The translations under genes and the position numbers were made by a program. The notes under the pieces are model-generated. The model saw nothing but the letters and a program-made list of their open reading frames with translations. It made no database searches and was not told where the DNA came from. From positions 10,332,390 through 10,396,389 of the forward strand of contig CM082580.2 of assembly GCA_040954595.2 (NCBI GenBank): 64,000 nucleotides of DNA. The letters are read 5' to 3'. Below, one piece after another: positions 12,426 through 23,588 of the stretch (positions are counted from its first letter, which is position 1; each line of letters starts with the position of its first letter). Source of the DNA: Balanoglossus misakiensis (taxonomy: Eukaryota; Animalia; Hemichordata).

Positions 12426-15400
12426 TAGCAAAATATGTTTTATCTTGAGCGCCCAAGATAATATCTTGTGTGCATAAGATAGCATCTTAGTTAGTTTTCT
12501 CTTACAGTGGGTACATGTACTACATGTATCAAGTGCGCACGAGATAATTTTCGTTTCTTCAGTGACGCTTTGCACCTGGCTATGAGCAGACCAAGGCTCG
12601 ACGATTGGCTTGTCATATCAATAATGCAAAAGCACCTACTCAAGGAAAGCTTCTCGTGCGCCACCTGGTGGCGTGGACTAGACTCAAGATTTCCAACTTG
12701 ATACAGATTTTTTCACGTGCGTGTGAAACTCTTGTTTATAGCGAGACGAGAGCAATGCACCCTGGGATACTCACTCCTCACTTTCCGCGTTGAGTGCTTG
12801 TCTGATTCAAAGCGAAAAAACTCAAACCATAATTTGGAGACTCCAGAGCGTGAGAATTCCTAACAAGAAAGCGACAATTAGCCAGCGCTGACATCGGCGG
12901 CTTTCTGCTTCATATTTTACGCCGCTCCAATCTTCCATTCCCGGCAAATTGGCCCTCCTTGGCGGGGAAACTAATCACGAAAACGGATCGAATAAACGGA
13001 CAAATGGCGCTCTAAATCACTCTTTATGCGTATGGCTTCAGTTCAGATTAATTGCGAATTGGTCTGCATTCGGGTTTAATCGTGAATCGGCTTCATTCAG
13101 AAGGCTTGTTACAAGACCATTCAACAAAACCCGCCTCGCTTATTGTATCTGGGCTATCAGAGACTCACCATAAAATTATTGCTGGCATTTTCAACACAGC
13201 ACCATCACCGTTCGTGATAGCTGCAATGATTGTAGCGAGTCTGCCAGGTTTGACTGGTATTCGCAGCACCAATACCGAACACCATTCAACCTAGCAGCAC
13301 CCGCTACAATCATTGCAGCTACGTTCGAGTCACTTGCATGGAAGTCATACAACACCTGAAGGAAAAATCATGCGCACGCGCGCAATGCCATGGCAGCGAA
13401 TCTGCGACCACGTGGAGAAGCGGACATCAGAATTGTGTAAATCTTGCAAACAGACAGCAACAGCTGCTTTCTGGTGTGAGAGGGGCTTACCGTACAATAT
13501 GATGTTTGTACCGGATTATGGAGGCCGCGGTGTAACTGGATAGGCATTGTGATATCGATACGCCATTAATATCATCGTTAGGTGTACTTGAATAGAGATA
13601 TCCTGCACCAACGTCCGTGGTAATCCTTCTTTGTTGCGAGTCTACCGCGGAAATTGGAATTTCTTTTGTGCGATGACTTGCATAAGGAAACATTTATCCG
13701 TGTATTCATAATGTTTGGCTCTGGTTTCATTCAAAATGTATATGTATGTCTGTCTGCCTGTCAGATATAGGGCTGGTGATCTTAGGAGATTTATTTGGCC
13801 TCGTCGCCCCTCTGTTTTATTAAATAAATAAATTGATATAAAACCTGAAGACATCGACCCTACTGAAAACAAACTCCGCGAAGCCGCCTGTTGTACTCTT
13901 CCGTAGTTGCAAATAAATCATCATAACAACTGTTGAAAAAAACTGAAATCTTGACAATTGCAACGTCTAGCTTTCGTGTTTGCTATTTAACAGCTCCGAT
14001 GTCCCCGTTGGTAGTCTTTCGACACACCTTGTCTCCCACACACTGAATGCAGTGAGGAGCCAGATTGAATTTGTCTTCGCGTGAATGTGCTAATTGATCT
14101 CCAATCATTGCTCACACATTAGATGAAACACGTTAATATTACTCAACAAATTAATGTGAATTGTAATTAGTTGATTGTTCGTGCAGGCGATAAAAATACG
14201 CACAACTTTAAGCATGTCTATCTATCCGCGAAAACCTAGTTTCTCTCCTCCAATAAACCACAGTCCCTCCACACACCAACCGAACTGATCCAACCTTTGA
14301 ACAAACCACTTGGTATCGGTCTCTCTTGACCACCTGACTTCCCAGCACGTGTCTCAAGGCATAATTTTACAGCTGGTCCGTTTTGGAGCCGTAGCCTGCA
14401 GTTGTCGCGTTTACAACGATGCGTATGGGAGGGGACATGGGGCATATCTAGAAGACAAAACAAAACGCATACGCAAAACACTATACTGGTTTGTTTCGTC
14501 TTTTCATCGCGGTAAGCTTCATAGAAAAGGAAATATTGCTCTACAGACGTCATTCAAAATGAAATTGTCACAATTACCAAAGTGGCTGCCCATTACTATT
14601 TAAACATGTTTTATCGAGAGATCAATTTAAAATCGGCAATACATCGTTAATTGAATATCATAATATTTCGTTGTGTTCACAGGGTCCTTGGGGCTCTGAA
14701 TTCATTGATTTTCTGTATTTATGTTGTGATTTTAATTCGATGGAGATTTTAACAATAGCAGCATGACATATGTTTCTTTATCCTCGTCAGCCAAAGCATC
14801 GATCTGTGTTCAAGGATTATCAGTTTTCCAATAAACACACTTTCCCCCCTTGAGTTTGGTTTCGCCTGTCTATAATGGACCAATCAGGCGCGACTTCACT
14901 TGCTGTGTGTCTCCACCAACCGTATCGGGGTGGGATGGGGTGGGGTGGTGTGGGATTGATGTTCAGCTAAGAAAAAAGCGCTGGTAATTTCAGAGATATG
15001 TATCACTCAGAGTTTAATGACCTGCACAGCACATCCAAGCTTTATATGAAAACTGGCGTAGATACTTCGCAGGACTCGGTACCTCGAGGCAAAGACTTGT
15101 TTTCAGCATTTTATTCCTTTTCTAATTAACGTTTTAAATGCCATAAGGCTGGCTAGGATGTCCCCGTAGACCGGACATTTTGGAGTCGTATTTAACCCCA
15201 GGGGCAGAGGAAAATAGCCGGAAGATTTTCCATCCGTATTTTTCGACAAAGAAAGCAATCTAACGATCATTTGGTCCGTTTAACCTTAATGATCAGGTGC
15301 ATAATTTCATCTATAATAGCCCGCACAGGATAATGCCTCTACAAATCGGGGGCGTCTAATTTTACCTATCTACAAGAACCGTGCATTTCCCATCAATTGC

Positions 15401-16200
15401 TGAATCCAGGGTCTATCGAGTTTCCATGGAAATAATTACGCGAGGTTGTTAGGATGCATGCAACGGAAATGTAAAACTTGTTGAGCTTCGGGACAGAATA
15501 GATACTGCATGTTCTTGCAGTGATTCGTTTGAGCCCTGTATAGATCTCTGCCGGAGTATCTATCATCTCTCAAAAACAATTACGCCTGCGCAGAGCGAGT
15601 TCCTCACTTGTGTGCCTGAAATGGCAGGTAACGGGCGTCTGTCGGCGGAATACTAAAAAACCTGTTGCCAATGCGACCGAAAGCATATATAGTGCGTAGA
15701 ATTCATAACATTCCTCGATCCGCAGACGTCATATTAGAATAATTAAACATTTTGAATTGCTTTTAAATTTTATGACTGGGGATTTATGACACCCTAATTT
15801 ACTTTGTGGGTAGCTGTTGTCATGGCGTCGAGAAGGTGTGCTTTAATGTCTATGGTCGCTCTCTTTGCGGAAAATGAAATGAAAGATGGTTATCTAAGCG
15901 TGAATGTAGCACTATTCAAAAATACATCTGCTATGACTTTTAATTTCACGAAAGCAACACTTCCCATCAAGCTTGGTGATATCGTTTCGCAATCCATGGT
16001 GAAAAACTGATACATGGGTTAGCTTGTGATGTGATCCCATTATGGTCGTTTACCAGGGGAATGTGTGTTGATTATGGAAACACGGCTGTATAAATCGAAA
16101 ATCAAAGCGCACGCATCTGATCTCGAATGAAAATTGACGCAGGCTTACTTGGCTAACTGTCGTGCTGGAAACAGGTTTTTCTCGAGATAAGGTAATTTCA

Positions 16201-16278
16201 CTACCACCACCCCATCGCCGCCGCCGCCAACGACAACAACAACAACAACATCCTCGTCGTCTCTGTCTTCATCATCAT
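16201..16278. repeat. Compound trinucleotide low-complexity tract (CCA/CCG/CAA/TCG/TCA)
   Basis: ctaccaccaccccatcgccgccgccgccaacgacaacaacaacaacaacatcctcgtcgt...atcatcat. Confidence 0.75.
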
Positions 16279-17662
16279 GACAGAAGCAAGACCAGAACTA
16301 GTGAGATTTAAGAGCACGCCAATAATCTTCCGAAGACAAATATCGAAAACATGACTGTATCACACGACAAATTCAGTTTTTTGAAACACGCTCACATTTG
16401 AATGTTTTAAAGAATGAGGGAATTTGCGTACAAATTAGAAATAACACCATCCACCTTTAAATATTTCCAACGATTAGGCCTTAATATGTTGCTATGACAA
16501 CATCACTTCAATCCCGCCGAAAAAGCCGCGATTTACTGGGAAGTGTATGGAAATATTCACGCATCCGGGGAATAATTGATATGATTAGTCAAGTGTGTAG
16601 TCATAAATTATTCTAGTAATTTAAAATCGACTCTAAATTGCGTCATAAGTCGTCATAAATTCATTCTGGCGGAATCAAGCTTGCAGCATTAAAGTTTATT
16701 CAAGCTTGTCTATGTTATCGGCGGGATTTTGCAGATTGATTCGATAACTTTCTTTTGTGGCTTTTTGCCTACATCTGCTTGGTGACAGAATTAAATCAAA
16801 ATAAATCAAGCAAAGACGATTGGACGATGAAACTACACATACACAGAATCCCCGTCAAAATAACACTGGCCGCGTTTTTTCCAGAGCTGTCGCCATGGAC
16901 CCGTCGGCCATCTTGTCTACACGTCTGGTGTGAGAATTGGAAATTAATATATATATATTTGTTGTTGTTTTTTTGAGGGGGGGGAACAATTTCCCCCCAA
17001 AGATACAACCGTGTTAATTGTCTTACGGGATATATTTTGCCTTATGTTACGGCCATATCAGCCGCTCCAATAAAAAGTCCAATTTTAACAAATGATAAAC
17101 TTTATGGTTTATTTCCTGCTTCATGGAGGATGTCCTGTTTTTGGTTGCCTCAAGGTCTCCCAGTTATGCATAGAATAAATTAGTTATTCTCAAAATTGGT
17201 TCGTTATTGGGAAAATGAGAGACCAAAATAACTTGTTTATGTGGATAACAGAAACGGCTATCTCCGTCACCATGGCCAGCATGCGCTATTGACGTCACAA
17301 AAGCAACAAAGGTTTCTTCATAACTTTCGGTAGCTTTCAAAGCTATATTCATTTTTTAACTTTCCGAACTAATATGACAGGCAAAAGTAGATTTAATGTA
17401 ATATGCTTACAGGGAAATTCGCCACACAGATGTGCAAGCCCGCGATGAAATTCCATTAGTTTACTTCAAAACAGCCTTTTTATGCAATATCGCAGGTCAC
17501 GGGAGAAAATGAGTACGAGTCGACGGGAATATTATGCTGTCACGTATCATTGCTGCATGAGTAAATACTTAGATTTGTCGTGCGTTTCATAGGCGTCCGT
17601 GATTTCCACTCGCTGTTAAAAGCAGCGGACGGAAATCGTGCTCCTAACTGAAAATTTCCAAC

Positions 17663-19150
17663 CTGTATAACTGCACCAAGAAGAGAACAGACTGAGAATG
17701 TACGTCACGGAATTCAGAATTTCTAAACAAAGGAATCTGTAAACCATCTAATGCCAAGAGACGGCCATTTTGAAAATTCTTGATGGAATAGACAATATCA
17801 TATTCACTGGATGTTGCAATAACAGCTACCATAAACTAATTTGGGTTGAACAAATACATCTGAAAGGGGAACGAAGAAAAAAATGAAGAATAAATAGACG
17901 GAGTCTCCATGTAAACATCCGGGGCTCTATTCTGTCAATTTCCGGTTCTGTCCTGCTTCTCAATACCTTGCAATTACTTTACTTGTTAGCTACCATGCCT
18001 TTGCAAACGCGTCATGTTAACAACATTCGCATCCTGATTTTACAAGGCTGTAAATTCGAGCATCAATTTCCGATTACATTGTGTGATGAGAAACTTGAAA
18101 AAAGGTGATTACAAAATAGGGATATTCAAGAACGTCAGCAATATCACCTTTGCTATCTTTTGAAAAGCATGTCCCTGCTGAATCGGGGACAATGTTCTCC
18201 TGAAGGCACTTTTTGTCACGTTTTATTTTCAGTTGCAGATTTAATTTCTTCGACCTCATGTCGTGTTTTTAAGACTGTGTTCTGTGAAAGTGAATTATAT
18301 GCCCGTAATAACTGTGATAACGAAATATAATGTCATGGTAACGGCTGCACAATATGAACCAACGATTTAGCTAATATCGTCACAGTGTTAAATGGAAAAC
18401 AAATTGGTGACGTCGTCTATTTTGCCGTGTTATGTAGCGAGACACCTCCCTGTGTATGATTTACCTTACCCTGGACATATCATGAATCCCTTCATGTATC
18501 AGGGATTCAAACAGAACAGGCTGAGCGGAAAAAAACACAGAATAAATAACTGAAAATAGCCAATAGTTACAGCTAATGTAGCTTTAAATAGCTGCAATAC
18601 CAACCCCGTTAGTTTACAACGAAGCCCGACGTCAATGGAAAGTAACCACGATTTAATCTAACGATGCGATCTTGTCGATACAGACGTTCGATGGTTTGGA
18701 TGAAATAAACATTAAACAAGGGACACATTGCTTGACGGCAAGCCGTCGGCGTTTGCTCGTAAAATGATGGTTATTCGGCCCGGACAATCATATCATTGTC
18801 ACGGAGCGGGATAATTGGAAATTCAACAGTATCTTGCCAGCTGAAGATGCTTCGTCTAGACATGTAAATTTCGTGTTTTATATACTTCACGCCATTGTAC
18901 TCACAAAGTGGACAAGGCGATGGACTAGGTTTGGACTGGATGTACCAACAGGGGAACTTCGAATTTAGCAGTGGTGCTCACCTCGAAGTCTTCTATCATT
19001 TCACAGTTTCACCAGCCTTCTTCATCGTAGTTATCACTTTCATCTGAGTTTCTTGTGACGAAAAATTCATCGCCGCTCCAACTCAGCACCTTCCTGTGTC
19101 GTGTCTCCAGCAAGCGCGACAGAAATTATATCCAAGCCACGTGTACACAA
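17663..19150 (-). ncRNA. Candidate spliced lncRNA or uORF-bearing leader (exons ~19150-18982, 18520-18470, 17859-?); outer ends approximate
   Basis: Donor GAG|gtgagc (18981), acceptor with T-rich tract ending ttccgctcag (18521), donor AGG|gtaagg (18469), acceptor with long pyrimidine tract ending cttcgttcccctttcag (17860). Only short ORFs. Confidence 0.4.
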
Positions 19151-19539
19151 TCCACGTGTTCAACCCCGGCCAATTACATACACACAGGTGTCATAAACCT
19201 TACAGACTCACTATAATATGATTGGTCAATACCCACTCCCAGGTGTAGTGAGGAGGTCGGGGGTCACTGCACTCGATTCTGCGGTCGTCGAGATATAGAA
19301 CCGTTTTCCACTCACTGTGGCCATGTGCTGTTCAATATCTGACTGCGCCCGTTCATGGATTATCCTATACATGTATTAAACCCTTCTGGATTTATGCAGT
19401 ACTGTGGGTAAGACTTGTGTACAGGTATTTACTATAGGAAAGTTATGAAAAAGTTTAGAGGAAACTAAATCAATAGGCAATGTCTGTTCGGGGCTGATCG
19501 ATTGAGCTGAGACTGTTAAAAATAAGCGTCACACTAAAG

Positions 19540-22500
19540 ACATTTTAGTAAAACACTTTTATTACATCTTGATATGTTTCCAAGTCAGACCACATAAATG
19601 TTGTTGTAAAACATATTACAAAAAATGACTTGTTACAAAACAGACACTTATGTTGACTTATTTGCACTTTTGCCCTAAGGAATGTTGGAAACACTAATTC
19701 ACAATAGGTGTGGTTACTCCAAGTCATTGCGTAGAGTCCAGTTACCCACTGGTCCCAAGCAATATGGACATCAAATATTAAATAAAACATTTTTTTATAT
19801 AAAACTGTCCATACTAATAATTTAACATTGAATAAAATCCCCCCAGTCTGAAATAACATAAAAGATCCATAAATGAACACACCAGCAACTTTTCACTAAT
19901 AGGATCAAAACGTAAGTGCAAAATAAAATTTTGTCATGACTCTTCAAAGGCACCTAGAAACTGGCAATAGTGACACATCATAAATTATCAGGCGTTATTG
20001 GTTTGTTCTCTCTAAAATAAGCTGAAATATTTGCTTTACAGCGGTGATTTAGCCAAGAGTTTAAACACAAATCAATTTACATTGCTTGCTAGCCACAGCG
20101 CACATAAATACCATTAGTATCCAAGAAACGTCAATTTCTGTACGAAAACAAATTATCTGCGGCATGCATATTAACCAGTTTTATTTTGTCCCAGAGGTGG
20201 CTATTTTCTTATAAATTCTGAATACACAACAAACATCAAAGCAGTTTTTGTCTTGAAATGGTTATCTCTTATGTTAACTCAAGGTTTAAACAAGTTTTTC
20301 ATTATCTCAGCTTGGCAATTTATATAATTTCAAACTTAATAAATATTGTATTACAAAACTTTGGCAAATCAAATCATACAAATTATTACAGAATCTCTCA
20401 AAAGATTACAAAATACAGTGTCAATAAAAAAGTGGGACAAAAAATGGAAAACAGAACCACAATTATTGTTGGGTAACTTGACTGTCATACATGTCTTTTG
20501 ACATACATGTATTACTATTGCACTTATTTGAAGTAGTCTGTGGTTTCCACATCACACTTACACTTTTCTAAACATTTAGTTTCACATAAAAAAAACATTT
20601 TCGAGCTATAATTACTCGTCAACTTGACGGATAAATTCTCTTGTTCATGTCCGCTGTATGAAATCTACAGCGTCTATGAAATCAACTCTTCGCTATGGGA
20701 TGTATCTGGAATATATTTGCCTGTGTCTGATTAGTCAGGTGATTGGTAACAGGTCAAAGGTCAAGGGTGGCAGACATAATGCTTTATGTTCATGCAAATA
20801 AGATGCAGACAATATGCAGTCATTTCTTTAGGAAAAAATATCCAAGCGAATTCAAAGTGGACTGGATTTGTTTCATTTAGCACCATTAAATTTCAAAGTA
20901 GAGTGACTTTATGAATGATGTATATGAGGGTGGATATCAAAAGTTTTAACTTGGCTGTGTTTTGTTTTTATATTGGTAACATATCATCCTGATCAGAGGT
21001 ATTTTGTATCCTTGCAGTACCTCCTTTGCAAAGGATCTGCTAAAAGAATTATCACTTGACGTCACAAACGTAGCTGCCCAATTTTCAAGCAAATTAGTTG
21101 ACAGTTATACAAAATATGAATTGCACCTATTGTTGCTTCAATGCTTTTCTTTTCCTTTAGAGATACCCAGTGAATACTGGCAATTAAACAAATGTGGCGA
21201 CACTATCAATGATAAATTACGCAGTGAAAATTGACCTACTTGTGGAGATTTTAACAGAAGATTACACACTACACTCATCTGACTTCAAAGATCTTCTTCT
21301 CATGTATTGAAATCGGTTAAACGTCACACAAGGGACGTCATTTGGGGATGCATACCTGTCATCTTATTTCACGATTCCCTCTCTGTGGAAAGCCAAATAA
21401 ATTGAACAGACATCTCGGAAGGAGAACATTCCGTCTTGAAATGTCAAATTATTATGGAAATGCAACTCTAAGTACAGCGTTTACAATTGAGGTCAGTGAT
21501 ATGATACGACGCGGCAATGAATAACATGATATGTGTATCGCACGGGGTTTGAAAGTCACTATTTGATTAGTTTAAGCACCATGTATAGTTTTCGTTTATA
21601 TCATGTTTTCATCAGGGGAGATGAGTGCGCCTGATATTACAGAACCTATGAAAGGCCAACAGCACACCCAAAGTTATCGATCTGAGCGTCTTCTCATCCT
21701 GCATTGTTTTGGGCATCTATCACTGTTTTCAAAATCGACTGAATGATTGATTAGGTGAAAGTTGTTTGAGATTGTTTTGACTAGCTACATTCACATGTAA
21801 AAACAATATAATACAAAATTAGTAAAGTAACAATTTTCTTTTAGGGGTACAAATCACATTCCTCCCAAATGCAGGTACTAGAAATGACACCAGCCATTAA
21901 ATTTTGTTAGTGTACCTAGTTTTTGAGTTCTTGTGTCAAAATACACACGATTCCTTGTAAAAAATTGAGAAGTTTCTGGCTCATAGAAACTTGAGTCAGT
22001 TTACAAAATGTAGTCATCACTAGTTAGACTATTCCAGCTTTCCACATAACTGCTTTGGCATGTTGCTTATTTTGTATCTTCTGGGAATTTGTTTAAGTAC
22101 CACAACATTCACCGTTTTTCTTTGGTATATAGTTTTAAATTATCAGCTAGTTCTAAACTAACTTCAAGTACGCATTTAACACTTCACCTTTGTCATTACA
22201 AAAAGAATCCCACCGAAGCAATGACGTGTTCCCTTTGGCAACCAAAGCAAAGTTTTAACATGTGCCACATAAACTACACACTAGACAACTGTTTCTCTTA
22301 GGTGGCAGAGTGGCAGAAATTGTAACAACCCAACCGTTTTCTCAAAGACCCTTTACACATGCCAAAAACACTACCATTACTGATACACCTTAATATATAC
22401 ATTTTACATACCATTTCCATTATATACATGTATTTAAGTTTCAAGACAAGTAGGAAAATATGGTACTATTTGCTTTTCTGTAAAAACATTTGGAAACATT

Positions 22501-23432
22501 TACACCAAACCTTAATAAATTTACTGACACGCCTGAAACATTAAACATTTAAAAATATTGATACTGAAATTTCCCTCCATCTCTCGCAATCATGGAAAAA
22601 TATGTTGTGCAAAACATAAACCATTTTTTAAGGAGCAGATGGGAATTATTATGTCATTATTAATGTTAATATCCCTAAATCATAATCACATTTTCTGTGT
22701 ACAACTATGGTAGTCACAAAGTTGATGGTATAGCTGTACACATGCAGGACTGGGACACGATTGTAAAATGCTTATTTGCATAGAACACACAAACGTTAGG
22801 AAAGTGGCGGATATGTATTTGTACATGGGATTTGTGGGTAGACATTAACATTTGATTGGATGGCGCAGACAAAACTGACATAATGATGGTGAGTTGCAAG
22901 TAACAAGTCGCTATGACGCACTACATGCAGGTTGTTATAGGTTCTTTCCGCATCTCTAATCATATCTACTTCCTACGTCTATTAATTATTTATTGTATAT
23001 GAAAGAGGTATTGCACCATTATAGGAAATTCAAATACCCTGGATACTCCGATGAACAAAATATCCATGCAATTATTATCTACTTTGGAAACTTCTAACAG
23101 CGGTTGTCTTTTTTCAGGAAGTCTGCAATGTGGACTTTACAAATTCTAACTGTGTTCCCATAAAACTACCCGCCAGTTCTGTGCAAGTGCCAAAGGGATG
23201 ACAGGAGTGATGCCAAAGCCACTACCAGCATCATGCCCAAGAGCAAGGAATGAAGCCAATACGAGCATCAAGTGTTTTTCTAACAGAGTACGCAGCCACA
23301 CTTCTCACAGTAAATGTATCTGAAGCCAATTAAGCATCAGGGTGACCACTCATAAAGCAGTACAAAAAGGTAAATAGATTAAGCAGCAAATGAATTTTTT
23401 CTTTTGCACCACGACCACTCAGAAGGGGACTA
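19540..23432 (-). other. Probable long 3'UTR (about 3.9 kb) of integrin alpha gene A
   Basis: AT-rich, CpG-poor, ORF-free tract following the stop codon and ending at an AATAAA with T/GT-rich downstream sequence, where composition changes abruptly. Confidence 0.55.
19558..19563 (-). terminator. Candidate polyadenylation signal AATAAA of gene A
   Basis: Plus tttatt = minus AATAAA, followed by gtgttttactaaaatgtctttagtgtgacgcttatttt. Confidence 0.5.
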
Positions 23433-23588
23433 TCAATAATTACTATTGCTTCTCGAACTCTTGAAATCAGAGTCTGCTGTGCTGAGGCTGGCAAAGGCAG
23501 GTGACCCAGAAAATGTTGACATGCAGTCGTTGACACTATTCTGTGCTCTGTACTTGTCTTCTACTCTTTTCCTCTTAAAGAAACCAGC
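23433..23588 (-). CDS. Gene A last coding exon: GFFKR motif and cytoplasmic tail
   Basis: ctttcag|AGFFKRKRVEDKYRAQNSVNDCMSTFSGSPAFASLSTADSDFKSSRSNSNY* (TGA TAG). Confidence 0.95.
   Translation of the reverse strand, partial: AGFFKRKRVEDKYRAQNSVNDCMSTFSGSPAFASLSTADSDFKSSRSNSNY

Noticed and set aside
12268-12575. SLSLSL-rich ORFs
   Set aside because: Translation of the (AG)n microsatellite.
23427-23435. Stop-codon readthrough, or an alternative GFFKR tail exon for gene A
   Set aside because: TGA is followed immediately by TAG, and I saw no second GFFKR-encoding exon downstream.
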